A stretch of DNA of 63,236 nt, counting the filler, from Lenisia limosa (taxonomy: Eukaryota > Protista > Breviatea), in NCBI GenBank assembly GCA_001655205.1. It is 12 parts of 12 records of this genome, joined end to end, with 100 filler letters (N's around TTAATTAATTAA, not from the genome) between each part and the next. Parts side by side here need not be neighbours in the genome. Positions count along the whole stretch, not along the records: positions 1 to 17,064 come from LPNZ01005553.1; positions 17,165 to 18,569 come from LPNZ01000353.1; positions 18,670 to 20,091 come from LPNZ01009601.1; positions 20,192 to 24,719 come from LPNZ01001530.1; 8 more parts are not named here. One strand, 5' to 3'. The notes below the pieces were generated by a model. The model was not told the DNA's origin. It ran no database searches and saw nothing but the letters and a program-made list of their open reading frames with translations. Below, in pieces: positions 12,601 through 23,200 of this stretch. The first letter of the stretch is position 1. The number at the start of each line of letters is the position of its first letter. Both the position numbers and the translations under genes were made by a program.

Positions 12601-15600
12601 TACGTCGCACTGAAATGGTGTAATGTAACCCGAAATTGCCCGAAGCCTAGCAGACTAATAACCTTGGCTTCGCTCCTATCCAGAAAATGACCGAATTTTT
12701 CGATACGATAATTCAGCGATCTTTGGTACCAAAGTGAAACCCTAACAAAACCCATTCATACGTTGGACCCGGGTCGGGCGAGGTCATTCGAGGAAGGTGC
12801 AATCTAAATGATCAGGTCACTGGAGGTAGGATTTCAATCTAATAACAAACATGATTTCCTCGATAAATCCTTGATGAATGTCGAAAAACTTACGTTGAGA
12901 TCACCGATATAGAGAACTTGACAGGGGTCTTGCTTGAACATTGCCTCGACGTTTTTATCCCAGGTGTTGACTCTTTTATAGTGTCTTTCTCCAATATATC
13001 CCACATGTTCACATGAGGTTCTAAGACGAATTAAAGAATCATGTTCACAGGAGGTTCTAAGATGAATTAAAGAATCATGTTCACAGGAGGTTCTAAGATC
13101 AATTAAAGAATCATGTTCACAGGAGGTTCTAAGCTCAATTAAAGAAACTTTATGATCCTAGTTTCCATAGAGACTATGTTGCAAAAAAAAAAAAAAAAAA
13201 CCCACTTTTGGCCAGCATTTGGAACGTAGCATCCATATAAGGCAATTTTGTCACCGCTAGGACTGGGAAGTTGGGCTCGAATCATACGTCCCTCAGACTC
13301 ATACCTTCCAACTTAACGAGTTATCATAGTGCCCATAAGGGGACAGTTCCTCAATTGATTACCTTGAATACAGGTGACAGAGTCCAGAGCGATTGTCGAA
13401 ACCAGAGCCACCCCAGCGTATCTAAAGAAATAACAACACCCAAAAAAATATGAAAATATTATAATATGGAAAAATTTGAACAAAGCTAAGTCTGTTCATC
13501 CTTCCCCAATTTCAACATCGCATTTGTTACCCAAATGAGCATTAAAATACCCACAAACGCGCTGGTATGTGAGAGAGCCACATAAATGTTGCAATCAGGG
13601 AACTGCGTAGACAGAAGAAATAAATTGCTTTCCATAATTTTGAGCTCTGAAAATATAAAGAGCTGACTAGTTTTAGAACTCAAAGAGCAAATAAGAATTA
13701 TACTATCTGGAATGAATCGTGAGTCAGGTCCAAAAAAGAGATATTATACAGCAATTCAAGCGGAGCCCCAAATAATCATCAAAAACCTTAACCCCAAACC
13801 ATTGATAATGAGAATGTTCCAGGGGAATCCAGCCACTCCATCTCGAATCGCGATAGTCTATAAGAAAGGAGTCATGCTAGGTTTTTCTTTTTTAGGACAA
13901 GAGAAATAATATATGAGAAATCTAGGTAAACAAATAAATCAATAGGGATGTCATAATACATTACCATGCTCTCACACCCACTCTCTTTGACGCATATCAG
14001 AAGAAAGAGTAGAAATGTACATGTATATGTCCATACTATGATATAATACTCCCCATTTCCCAATTATTGTAGCAGTTTGTGTTTCAGACGAAGTGTGACT
14101 GACGTCAAGCCATATAACTTGGGCTTCACTTCGTTTCGAAAAAAGACTAAATTTCTCGATAAACTATCGTTATTTTCCCGGATCATCGAAATGCCCCTCT
14201 CTTACCCTAGAAAGCGCACGGAGGCCGTTAACGTTCCAAGAGACGATTTTGGCTACGTCAGCAGTTGGAGGATTCTGAAGGCCATGGTAAGCATATACTC
14301 CGTTCTGAGTTTTGTAGTCGGCTTGGACGGTATGCCACGACATTGGAGGGAGGTTGTCTTGGGGCAGAGGGTAGGAAACGGAACTGAATAACGTGCATTC
14401 TAGAGCAATTATTTAGGATTTCAAGCATTCTAGAGAGATTATTAGGATTTCAAGGAATTCAAGAGAGATTATTTAAAGGTTCAGGGTTTTTGAGAGATTA
14501 TTTAAGGACTTCAGCGGTGTCCTCAGACTGCTAGATTTTTCGATAAAATATTCGAAAACTATTGGAGAGAGCTCAAGACAATCTAAAACAAAAGAACCGA
14601 AAAAAAAGGGGGGGAGTCAAGGGAGGCAGGTGTTTACAAAAAAAGGTAACAATATCAGTCTACTACACAACAGAGATAAAAAGCATGAAAGGCATTACGG
14701 TGTCCTACCATCTTCCGCGATCATTTGGTCAGCGCTTCCATCATTGCCATCTTCATTGTCGAATATAAAGGCTTCTTGGTCTGAAATGGGTTAACCGATG
14801 CAGCTAATTCATATCTATCAGTATCCAGCTGAGATCTTGCTCCAAAAGTGTATATTTAAAAATGCTGATGAAAAAAAGGTTCAGTTTATCATTATCATAT
14901 CAAAGAAACCAGCAAAATATATCATCTCTCGTTGTACTTAGCTTCGCACCTGCATAAGAGGAGTCACCATAAGGGTTAGCAACTAGTTGTTTTGACGAAT
15001 CCTGGTACTGGGTATCTAAAAAGAATAATTCAAACTAATAAGACAATCCACAAAAAACATACTACCTAGATAGTAGAAAAGAACAACCCACTGACAAGGG
15101 TCTGAGACAGTACTTTGCATTTGACTGTACATTGAGAATGAGGGCTGAAGAGTTAGCTCAGTCATTATCTCGTAGAAATTGGTATTGGCCATCGCCCATT
15201 CTTTTTCTCATAATTCAGCTTGTATATGAAGGCTGCCAAGGTTCCTCCGCCCACGCTCCCGTTCATCGCTTGTCTCCAAGTGTCCGACCAATGCCATTAC
15301 CACTATTGAAGAAAGCAAACAGCTAACTCTCCACTTTGCATTTCAACAAGTGCATCATGTATATACACCTGCTCTTACCTGGGAAAATCCATTGGACACT
15401 GGTGCTTTGGCGTTTCCGCACCTGAATAGTCAGCTTCGAACGCGGACGCATTAACAGTTGGAGTGAAACAAACACGACTGAGACCTTGATGAATTCCTGA
15501 TAATAATATACCTGTCTTTTGAGTTTCAATAATTATGGAATCACCCAAGCATCTATACAGTGACCGGATAAGTCTTGACCAATTTTCCTTGGGAAATCAC

Positions 15601-15855
15601 ATAGCAAATCGGTCAAGACTTATCCCAGTCACTGTACATATATTCCGACCTTTCAAGGCTGGATGCAATTTGCTCGAAAGACATGCCCGAAAATGACAAC
15701 GAGGAGTCGACAGAGTTTTGGGGAGGTGCTGAAGAGCCCATAACGTTTTGAGGAGGTGCTGAAGAGTAGTTTTGAGGAGGGGCAGGTCCCGAAGCTGACA
15801 TAAACCGAGGCTTCAGGTCTGTGGACTTGCGGGCGGTTTGCTTTGTTCTTACCAT
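9688..15855 (-). CDS. ExoIII/APE1-family AP endonuclease fused to family-1 uracil-DNA glycosylase; upstream exon begins with a histone H3-tail-like peptide
   Basis: APE motifs: KIVSWNVNGLRA, ILIINELK, YAGVALVS, EGRMI, CYVPNAG, IGDLNV, AGFTLAERE, GWRLDH, GSDHCPI. UNG motifs: IFPSPEKVF, VVLLGQDPYP, GLAFS, PKSLKNL, GDLSSWADQGVLLLNTTLTVR, SHKSFGW, SHPSPLS, FFGC...PIDW*. The APE-UNG junction stays in frame using GT-AG introns. Linkage of the 14.3-15.85 kb exons is inferred. Confidence 0.88.
10910..11175. mobile_element. hAT-type MITE family A, long or composite copy in UNG-domain intron
   Basis: Left TIR tagggcttcacttcggttc at 10910. Reverse-oriented core plus right TIR ttcgaaccgaagtgaagcc ending ~11175. 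No matching TSD, so it may be two partial copies. Confidence 0.65.
12035..12140. repeat. Degenerate ~30-bp intronic tandem repeat
   Basis: gataaacaaaacaagaa(a)ca... recurs about 4 times. Confidence 0.6.
12664..12745. mobile_element. Degenerate MITE family A copy
   Basis: ggcttcgctcctatccagaaaatgaccgaatttttcgata...ccaaagtgaaaccctaa. Confidence 0.6.
13005..13148. repeat. 36-bp minisatellite, 4 copies, intronic
   Basis: Unit atgttcacaggaggttctaagatgaattaaagaatc. Confidence 0.9.
14119..14198. mobile_element. MITE family A copy, internally shortened
   Basis: ttgggcttcacttcgtttcgaaaaaagactaaatttctcgataaa...gccc. Confidence 0.75.
14395..14515. repeat. ~30-bp degenerate minisatellite, 4 copies
   Basis: gagagattatt(t)aggatttcaag-like units. 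Confidence 0.7.
15558..15634. mobile_element. Tc1/mariner-pogo-type MITE (77 bp)
   Basis: TA-CAGTGACCGGATAAGTCTTGACC...GGTCAAGACTTATCCCAGTCACTG-TA, i.e. CAGT termini with TA duplication. Confidence 0.88.
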
Positions 15856-16778
15856 CCTAGAAAAGATGTCATTGTACCTAAAATACAGGGGGGACTCCCA
15901 TTATACGTTCACATGTGATGTTGTTGGTGTTGGGTATATGTAAGTTAAAATGGCCTAATAATTTCATCGTCTTCTGACATATATTATGCATCATTATTCA
16001 TTGTTCCCTCCTAAAAACAAGACTACAATTTTCCTTGGAACGAGAAGATAACCACATGATTATCATAAGTATCTCTATGGGGTTGATTATTCTATGGGGT
16101 TTATTTGCCTTAATTTGAGATAAGAATATTGGTACAAAATGAACCTAATTAAAATCACCAGTTGGGAACATTATTCTATCATCAACATTGAGATTAGTAT
16201 TCTATCATCAGCAGATTGAGACTAGTATGTACACCAGCTTAACCCGTGATTCCTTCAATCTCCCATCATACTTAGCAGTGTAACACGTCCTTGACACCTT
16301 CACCGCCAAAAAGAAAAGGGGGGGGGGGGAGCGGGGAAATTTGGTGGAAGGTTCTCCCGAGGCTGCGGTCAGATGCCTTTTGGCGTTTTCTCTCTTCTTC
16401 ACCCACTCTCTCCCTCTACAACTGAATGGTTGAATGGAGCTGGAAAACAAAAAACAAATGAAAATGAAAAAAAAGAAAAAAGAGGAAAAAAATTTCGAGT
16501 CAATTTCGAGTCTTCGAAATTTCTCGATATCTCTATCACCAAACAGGTTTTACAGGTTTACAGGCTTCCCTTTTTGTTTTTGTTTTTTTGCCACCATTCC
16601 CTCAAATTTCTCTTGACTTTCAACTGACTTTTTCTTTTTATTACAACATTGTTGTGGAGTGCAAATGGAGTGAGTGACCACCAAGCCAAACCCTCCCTAT
16701 CTTTCCTAGCCAGTTGCCATCCCCCCTCATCTCCACTCTTAACAAACTTCTCGGCTTCACCGAGTATAAAGCTAAGAC

Positions 16779-16900
16779 ATGAGTATTGCGGGGGGTCTGC
16801 TGTCCACGCCGCCGACAGATGCTCCTTCCATCATCGAGACGCGTGCGGCAACTGCGTTGTCTGACTCCTTGTTTCCTGCAGTGGAGTTCTTCTTCTCGGT
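16779..16900 (+). CDS. PEX12: Peroxin PEX12-like, first exon (rest lost at contig end)
   Basis: MSIAGGLLSTPPTDAPSIIETRAATALSDSLFPAVEFFFS followed by a GTATG donor. Resembles the PEX12 N-terminal PSIFE..A...L....RPA motif. Confidence 0.55.
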
Positions 16901-17064
16901 ATGATGTGGGCCTAGATTACAACAGAGTACGAACTTATTTTTCTTCATCACAGTATTACTATCATACCCTCCTATACACATTTTCTATCACAATTACCCC
17001 ACGCATACACATAATCACCACCCAGACGAGTGGAGGATGGAGAATGGCAGGGTATAATACACAT

Positions 17065-17164
17065 NNNNNNNNNNNNNNNNNNNNNNNNNNNNNNNNNNNN
17101 NNNNNNNNTTAATTAATTAANNNNNNNNNNNNNNNNNNNNNNNNNNNNNNNNNNNNNNNNNNNN
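17065..17164. other. Artificial contig-joining spacer (44N-TTAATTAATTAA-44N)
   Basis: Identical 100-bp structure with the 12-mer at 17109, 18614, 20136, 24764, 26720, 36674, 45325, 55907, 58612, 60312 and 61560. The 12-mer gives stops in all frames. Confidence 0.97.
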
Positions 17165-17399
17165 CAACAGTTAAAGATAAGCTCAAACGTTCTAACATGA
17201 CAAAAATAGATCAATAAATATAATCGTGTTCAAAATACACACCTTCTATTTCGGCTGTCTGTATTGTTTTGTAGTAGTCCATAAATTGGCAAGGGGTAAG
17301 TTCACTCTTCCTTTCAAACCTAATATTTAATTAAAAAGGGACACATCCACTTTGTAAGAATATTTACCATATTTTATATACACTCGCATATGATATTCT

Positions 17400-18420
17400 T
17401 GTTTCCCATACGTTTTAATGATGTCGCAATAAGAACCCTTTTGGCGAATGAGGTGGTTAAGAGCAACGGGTCTTGCGTCTTCAGCAACAGGCTGTGGAAC
17501 CTCATCCTTCTACATGTCAATTGTAAATTGAAATACAAAAGAAAATTTTATTGTCCCAATAAACAGCAATTATTTTTTTCAAGAACAAGAAAAGGTTGGT
17601 TCTTTGCTGAATAATTGGCATATGTAATTTGTAACTCGAACTCACATCAATTGACTTTCTTCACATTCATAAGTTGACATGTGTTCATTGAAGTGTTTTC
17701 TAATCTCAGGAATATCAAACGACTCAAGTATCCTGCTGTAGACTCTCACAACCACCCTGTAAGTGAAATGTTTAAATAACCCCAATGAGATCTTTCTTCA
17801 TAGATTTACTTCACACTCAAACGGATTCGAAACCAAATCAACTATATCTGAGAACTTATATTGTGGGATTGCATCTTGAATTGGAAATATACAGGCAATT
17901 AGCCCATTCTGTTTATGATACCAACTCCAAGGCCAATGCTTCGAGCTACCTCTGAAACCTGGCGAATGAAGTGGTGCTTCAGAGAAATGAAACTAGAGAT
18001 ACATACTTTTAGTAACGAATACCATGATGTTTGTCATTTTAGGATTCAAAATACTCTTTAAAAAAACCAAAATTACTCCAACCAGATCCGTTGAATATGA
18101 TAGACTGGCAAACAGCAGCTTATTGTTTCTTACGGGAGGCAGAAAGGAACTATTCTCAAGTAACATAATTTGGCTTGTAGGGCCGGCAAATCTAATGGAT
18201 AATTCAATCAAAATTTGAAAATTATTGAGAGCATTACCAAAATTTAAGTGTTAGGCCTAGATAAAATGGAAGTATTATACCAAAGAGGCATCTCATTCTA
18301 TGATCTTACTGAATAGCTTGTAAAACGTCTACTTCAAAACACTGATCAACCTCGTCAACAATAATTAGAAAACAGTTTATCATTTGTTTTGGTAACTAAT
18401 TAGTATCTCATCAGAAAATT
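17400..18420 (-). pseudogene. Decayed DEAD-box helicase-like sequence
   Basis: LIIVDEVDQ (motif II-like), ELSIRFAGP, NIMVFVTKS (motif IV-like) and RVLIATS occur in order but are broken by stops and frameshifts. Confidence 0.45.
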
Positions 18421-18889
18421 TAACTCATATGAAAGTTTCTAACCAAAGGATATTACCAACCTTTCTGTGTAAGCGCATTGCACATATCAAGAGAACACAC
18501 GGTAATATATAAGGCGCCCTATCTGAGTGTGAACACCAATATGAGTGTGAACACCAATCTGAGTGTGAANNNNNNNNNNNNNNNNNNNNNNNNNNNNNNN
18601 NNNNNNNNNNNNNTTAATTAATTAANNNNNNNNNNNNNNNNNNNNNNNNNNNNNNNNNNNNNNNNNNNNTAATGGAAAATTTATGAAACAAGAGACGGGG
18701 GTGGAGGGGGGTGGGGCAATAGTTTTCTTGTAGTTTTCAGTAGTTTTTCAGCGATTTTAATAATACTGGAGTTGGGATTTTCCTTTTGTAGTAGTTTTCC
18801 TGAATTAAACAAAAAAAACAGTACTTGTCAAGAACAATCTTCCCCCAAAACATCCGACTTAATGATCTCAGATCGGAAACATCCTTTCT

Positions 18890-19980
18890 TCTCTCAGCTG
18901 CTAACGTGGCAATTGCTGCTTGTCAATGGTGGGTGGTGGGGGTGATGGTGTGNNNNNNNNNNNNNNNNNNNNNNNNNNNNNNNNNNNNNNNNNNNNNNNN
19001 NNNNNNNNNNNNNNNNNNNNNNNNNNNNNNNNNNNNNNNNNNNNNNNNNNNNNNNNNNNNNNNNNNNNNNNNNNNNNNNNNNNNNNNNNNNNNNNNNNNN
19101 NNNNNNNNNNNNNNNNNNNNNNNNNNNNNNNNNNNNNNNNNNNNNNNNNNNNNNNNNNNNNNNNNTTATCTAGGCCTTCAGGTTGTTGATGATAAAATTA
19201 TTAGGTAGGCGGATTGGTTCCCATAAACACTCACTCTTTGACTGGTTATAGTTTCACACTGTGTGCAATTTTGTTATTTTGTTATTCTCAACCGATTCCG
19301 TGCTTTTTTTTTTTTNNNNNNNNNNNNNNNNNNNNNNNNNNNNNNNNNNNNNNNNNNNNNNNNNNNNNNNNNNNNNNNNNNNNNNNNNNNNNNNNNNNNN
19401 NNNNNNNNNNNNNNNNNNNNNNNNNNNNNATTACCTTCGTTTCACCCCAACAGACTGGAAACGAATTTAGCGCATCGCAGCGGAGCTCAGCTCAGTACTG
19501 TGCTTGAGAATCTGCTTTCTGCGCTGGTGGGAAGGGGGGGGAGTAAATACTAGTGTGCTCCGTGCAATTTTTTGAAAAATTAATTTCAAAATTTGAAGTG
19601 GGTCATATTGTATCGAGAATCCTATTTTTAATTTTGTCATTTTATTTCCTCAAAAAAATTAATTGCACGGAACCTAGTAAATAGGAACTTTACCCACCCT
19701 TTTCGTGTACAACATTGACTTCATCAAGAACAAACGTTGTACGTGGGTTATTCCACTAATAAGTTAGAAATTTTTTTCACTGAAAGAACGACTAGTTGAT
19801 AGACTTTTGTGAAGAAGGGGGGGTATTCCGGAGCTAAATTGCCTTTTGTGGGTAAAAATGGTATCTCCCCTCATGGACCTTTTTACCGCCTTCAGCTGAC
19901 TTTTGTGACTCTATAGCAACTCCCTCCCACGGTTCCCTTCCCAGCCATCTCCACGGCTCTTCGCAATGTGTTCGGTGAGA
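18890..19980 (+). CDS. Fragmentary multi-exon gene, product unknown
   Basis: AG/GT-bounded GC-richer exons: AANVAIAACQW, LETNLAHRSGAQLSTVLENLLSAL, QLPPTVPFPAISTALRNVFG. Confidence 0.4.
19551..19676. mobile_element. hAT-type MITE family C (TIR tagggctccgtgcaatt)
   Basis: tagtgtgctccgtgcaatt...aattgcacggaaccta. Flanks gtaaatac / gtaaatag (7/8). Confidence 0.8.
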
Positions 19981-20250
19981 TTCTTGGTGTTTTTTCTCTC
20001 ATTTTACTCGGGCTCCGTCTGTTGATCGTGGGCTTTTTTTTTATTATTATTTTTTATTTTTATTTCCCAAATTTTTCATGGGTACTCCCCCNNNNNNNNN
20101 NNNNNNNNNNNNNNNNNNNNNNNNNNNNNNNNNNNTTAATTAATTAANNNNNNNNNNNNNNNNNNNNNNNNNNNNNNNNNNNNNNNNNNNNCTCGGGTTT
20201 GCAAATAAATAGTTTACATTATTACATTCTTCAACCCAGACCACTTCAAA

Positions 20251-23200
20251 CTATTCTTCGCAGCCGACACTCCGAAGGTACGCGGCGGTTTCTGAGTTGC
20301 TATATCGAAGTGGTGTCAATCCATTCTATAGGAGGATGAATGGGCCGGAATTTACCATCAAGAAAATATCTGTATTTTTACCTGGGCACAAGCCGGTTCG
20401 AGTTTTTAACAAAAACAGTCCCCATTACATCAGTTCTGTCCAGTTGGCCTGAGCGGGTAAAATGGCCGTTCACTCGGTAAGTTCGACAGATGCAGTCAGC
20501 TGATAACCCACATATCCTGTAGCTTGAGCTTCTAAATCAGCGCCACTTTGGATCAAAGTTTGGACAGCAGTCGAATGTCCCTTCTTAGCAGCCTTGTGAA
20601 GGGCAGTCCAGCCCTCCTGAGGAAATGAGAAACAACACAAGAGGAAGAGGAAGAGGGCAATCTGGTCAAAATGGAAACTGTAACTATTAGGAGGGGGGTA
20701 GTGGGAGTACCCAATTAAGTGTGCAAAATACACAACTCTTCAAAGACAATATTGAATACACTCATTGTATATCTAACCTTGTCTTTGATATTGATATCGC
20801 CACCATGTTCAATGCACAACTTGGCAAGTTCTCGGAAATATTTTTTTTAGGCAATAATTAGGGGAAGTCGCCATTCTAAACTGTCAAAGGAAGCTCAAAA
20901 GTGATAGCTATACTGCATGCGCATTAAAGTAAGATGTGCATTGAACAATTTAAAAAGACAAACAAAAAAGTTATCCCGCATTTGTCATTTTTGGGTGGTC
21001 TCAGAAAATTTCTTGATCCAGAAATGGTTGTTATTGAAAGACAGAAACATTTTGAAAAGGAGAAAAGAGAAAAAGATATTGAACACTGACACATCAAGAA
21101 TATGCCTCATCAACATAAGAAAATATCCAAATCCATCCAATTCTGGCTTTTCTGTGCACTCTCGAGCCTTCCTTCTCGAAAAGGCAAGTTTTATTCAATT
21201 GACCAATTTTTTTACAGGGGTAGAGAGGCTGGTAGAATTATCATGCAGGTTAGGAGGTGGGTGGCTTATGCACAACAATATAATAAAATATGTTTGTATG
21301 GTGAACTCAGACAATTTCCTGATCTCTATCCTTTGCTGTAGGAATTGATTGTTATTAAAAGACACACAATTTTCAAAAAGAGAGCCGAGAAAAAGATGTT
21401 GAACATTGACAAATCAGGAATATGCCTCTCCATAAGAAGAAATTCAATATTAAATTGAAGTGTTTTATGGTGGGTAGCGAAATACAGTTATCACCAAACG
21501 GCATATCCGCTTCAAAATACACATTAAAACTATACTATTGAAATCCCCACCTTGTCCTTGATATTGGCATCGGCACCATGGTCAATGCACACCTTCGCAA
21601 GTTCTTGGTTTTCTTTCTTGCAGTCATTGATAAAGGGGGTGTCACCATTCTAAACTGTGAAAGGAATCTCAAAAAGGTAACATCTTGAATAACAAAACAT
21701 TCAAAAACACACAATTAAAATATAATGTGAAACCATACCTTGTCCTTGATATTGACATCGGCACCATGTTCAAGGCACACCTTGGCAAGTTCTTGGTTCT
21801 CTTGAGAGCAAGCAATTATTAGGGGGGTGTCGCCATTTTAAACTGTGAAAGGGATGCTAAAAAAATGATATCGATGTCTGTTGAACAAACTTGCAATTTC
21901 TCGTCATGCATTTGAAGGCCAGCGTTCATAAGGTCGGCAACAAAACGGTAGTTACCAAACTTAAGGGGTTCAAATGCGATATTTGCAATCGTCTCGTTTT
22001 GCTGAAGAATAAAAGAAAAAACTAAATGAGAGCTGGCTTTAGAAATTAAGAACTGAGTCAACAGAACTTCTCACTTGGAAATCGGAGAATTGTTCAGCGA
22101 CCTTCAAAACTATGGAGTTGTCCGATAAGGGGTTCTTCATTGCAAAATACCGCATCATTTCGAGCAACTAAACTCATCAGCAACAGATCTTTTGGACCTA
22201 ATATTATACTACATCTAGACCTCAGAAACAACAAAGAAGTACATTCTGTATTCTTCATGCTGACTGATTAAAACCCCAACTATTTTTACAATCACAATTG
22301 ATTTACCTCTTGCTAATTTTTGGCGAACTCTGGGAAGGTCAATATGATGAATTTGTTAACACGGGGGTTTGTCGCAAATTTGACCTGTTTGAGTCAGGAG
22401 AGCAATATCAGGAAAGCAACCCACTAATTTGGAATCAATCAACACAGTATTGAGAATCTTCAGCAACACTTCATCATTGGAACAGTCACACAAGACCTTG
22501 AGTGTGAGATTAACAATAAAACAATAAGTGTGTATTGAACCAAACTGAGCCACTTACACGATAGAGCCGTGCTTGGTCAGAGATACACTGCATTAAGCAG
22601 GGCGTGTTGCCTTCAGAAGCCTTAGTTTCAATGTCGTTGGATGAGTCACCACCAGATTCCAAAAACTGGAGATATACCGTTTCACCTTTGAGCGATTCTA
22701 CAGAAACCTAAAGTGTTATGTTAATGCTAATATTTGAATGAGCTAAAAAACCGTAAGGCTCAATCATTACCTCAAAATCAGTTTGAGCACCATGCGTCTT
22801 AATGATAAACTTGATTCTGTCAGCAGGGGGGAAGTCTAAGAATCATGTTATGATTCGTGGGAAAACTGTTTTCCCAATTTCATATTAAAGAACAAAAAGA
22901 GGATCTGCGAGAATTTTTTTAAAAAATTACTAAAAAAAAAACACTTTTTATGACATCATAACAATCAATGAGACCTTTACCCACAAACCGCCAGCGTATT
23001 TAGTGAGGACCGCGTGGCAGGCCTTGAATATGGATTCATCAGGGGCAACCTTAAAAAAGTCAGAAATAAAAGTTGAAATTTTGACCCGTCCTTCATAGAT
23101 AACTCCAAATTCCAAATACTATTACTCATATTTTTTAAGCAATATTTGTAGGGCTTGCTTCCCTACGCTCCGAAGAACGATATATTGATAAATATGATGC

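Noticed and set aside
13005-13148. CRISPR-like 36-bp repeats
   Set aside because: The units are head-to-tail with no unique spacers, in a eukaryotic intron, with no cas genes.
11950-14260. Endonuclease domain of a non-LTR retrotransposon
   Set aside because: It is split by many spliceosomal introns, has APE1/ExoIII-specific motifs (YVPNAG, AGFT..ER, GWRLD), and is followed by UNG rather than a reverse transcriptase.
15613-15855. Histone H3 or CENP-A gene
   Set aside because: Similarity stops after 11-12 residues and no histone-fold sequence follows.
17165-18569. Stop-codon reassignment (TAA=Gln) in the helicase-like contig
   Set aside because: Frameshifts and TGA/TAG stops also interrupt the frame, so reassignment does not restore an ORF. 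Other genes in the window end in TAA/TAG/TGA normally.
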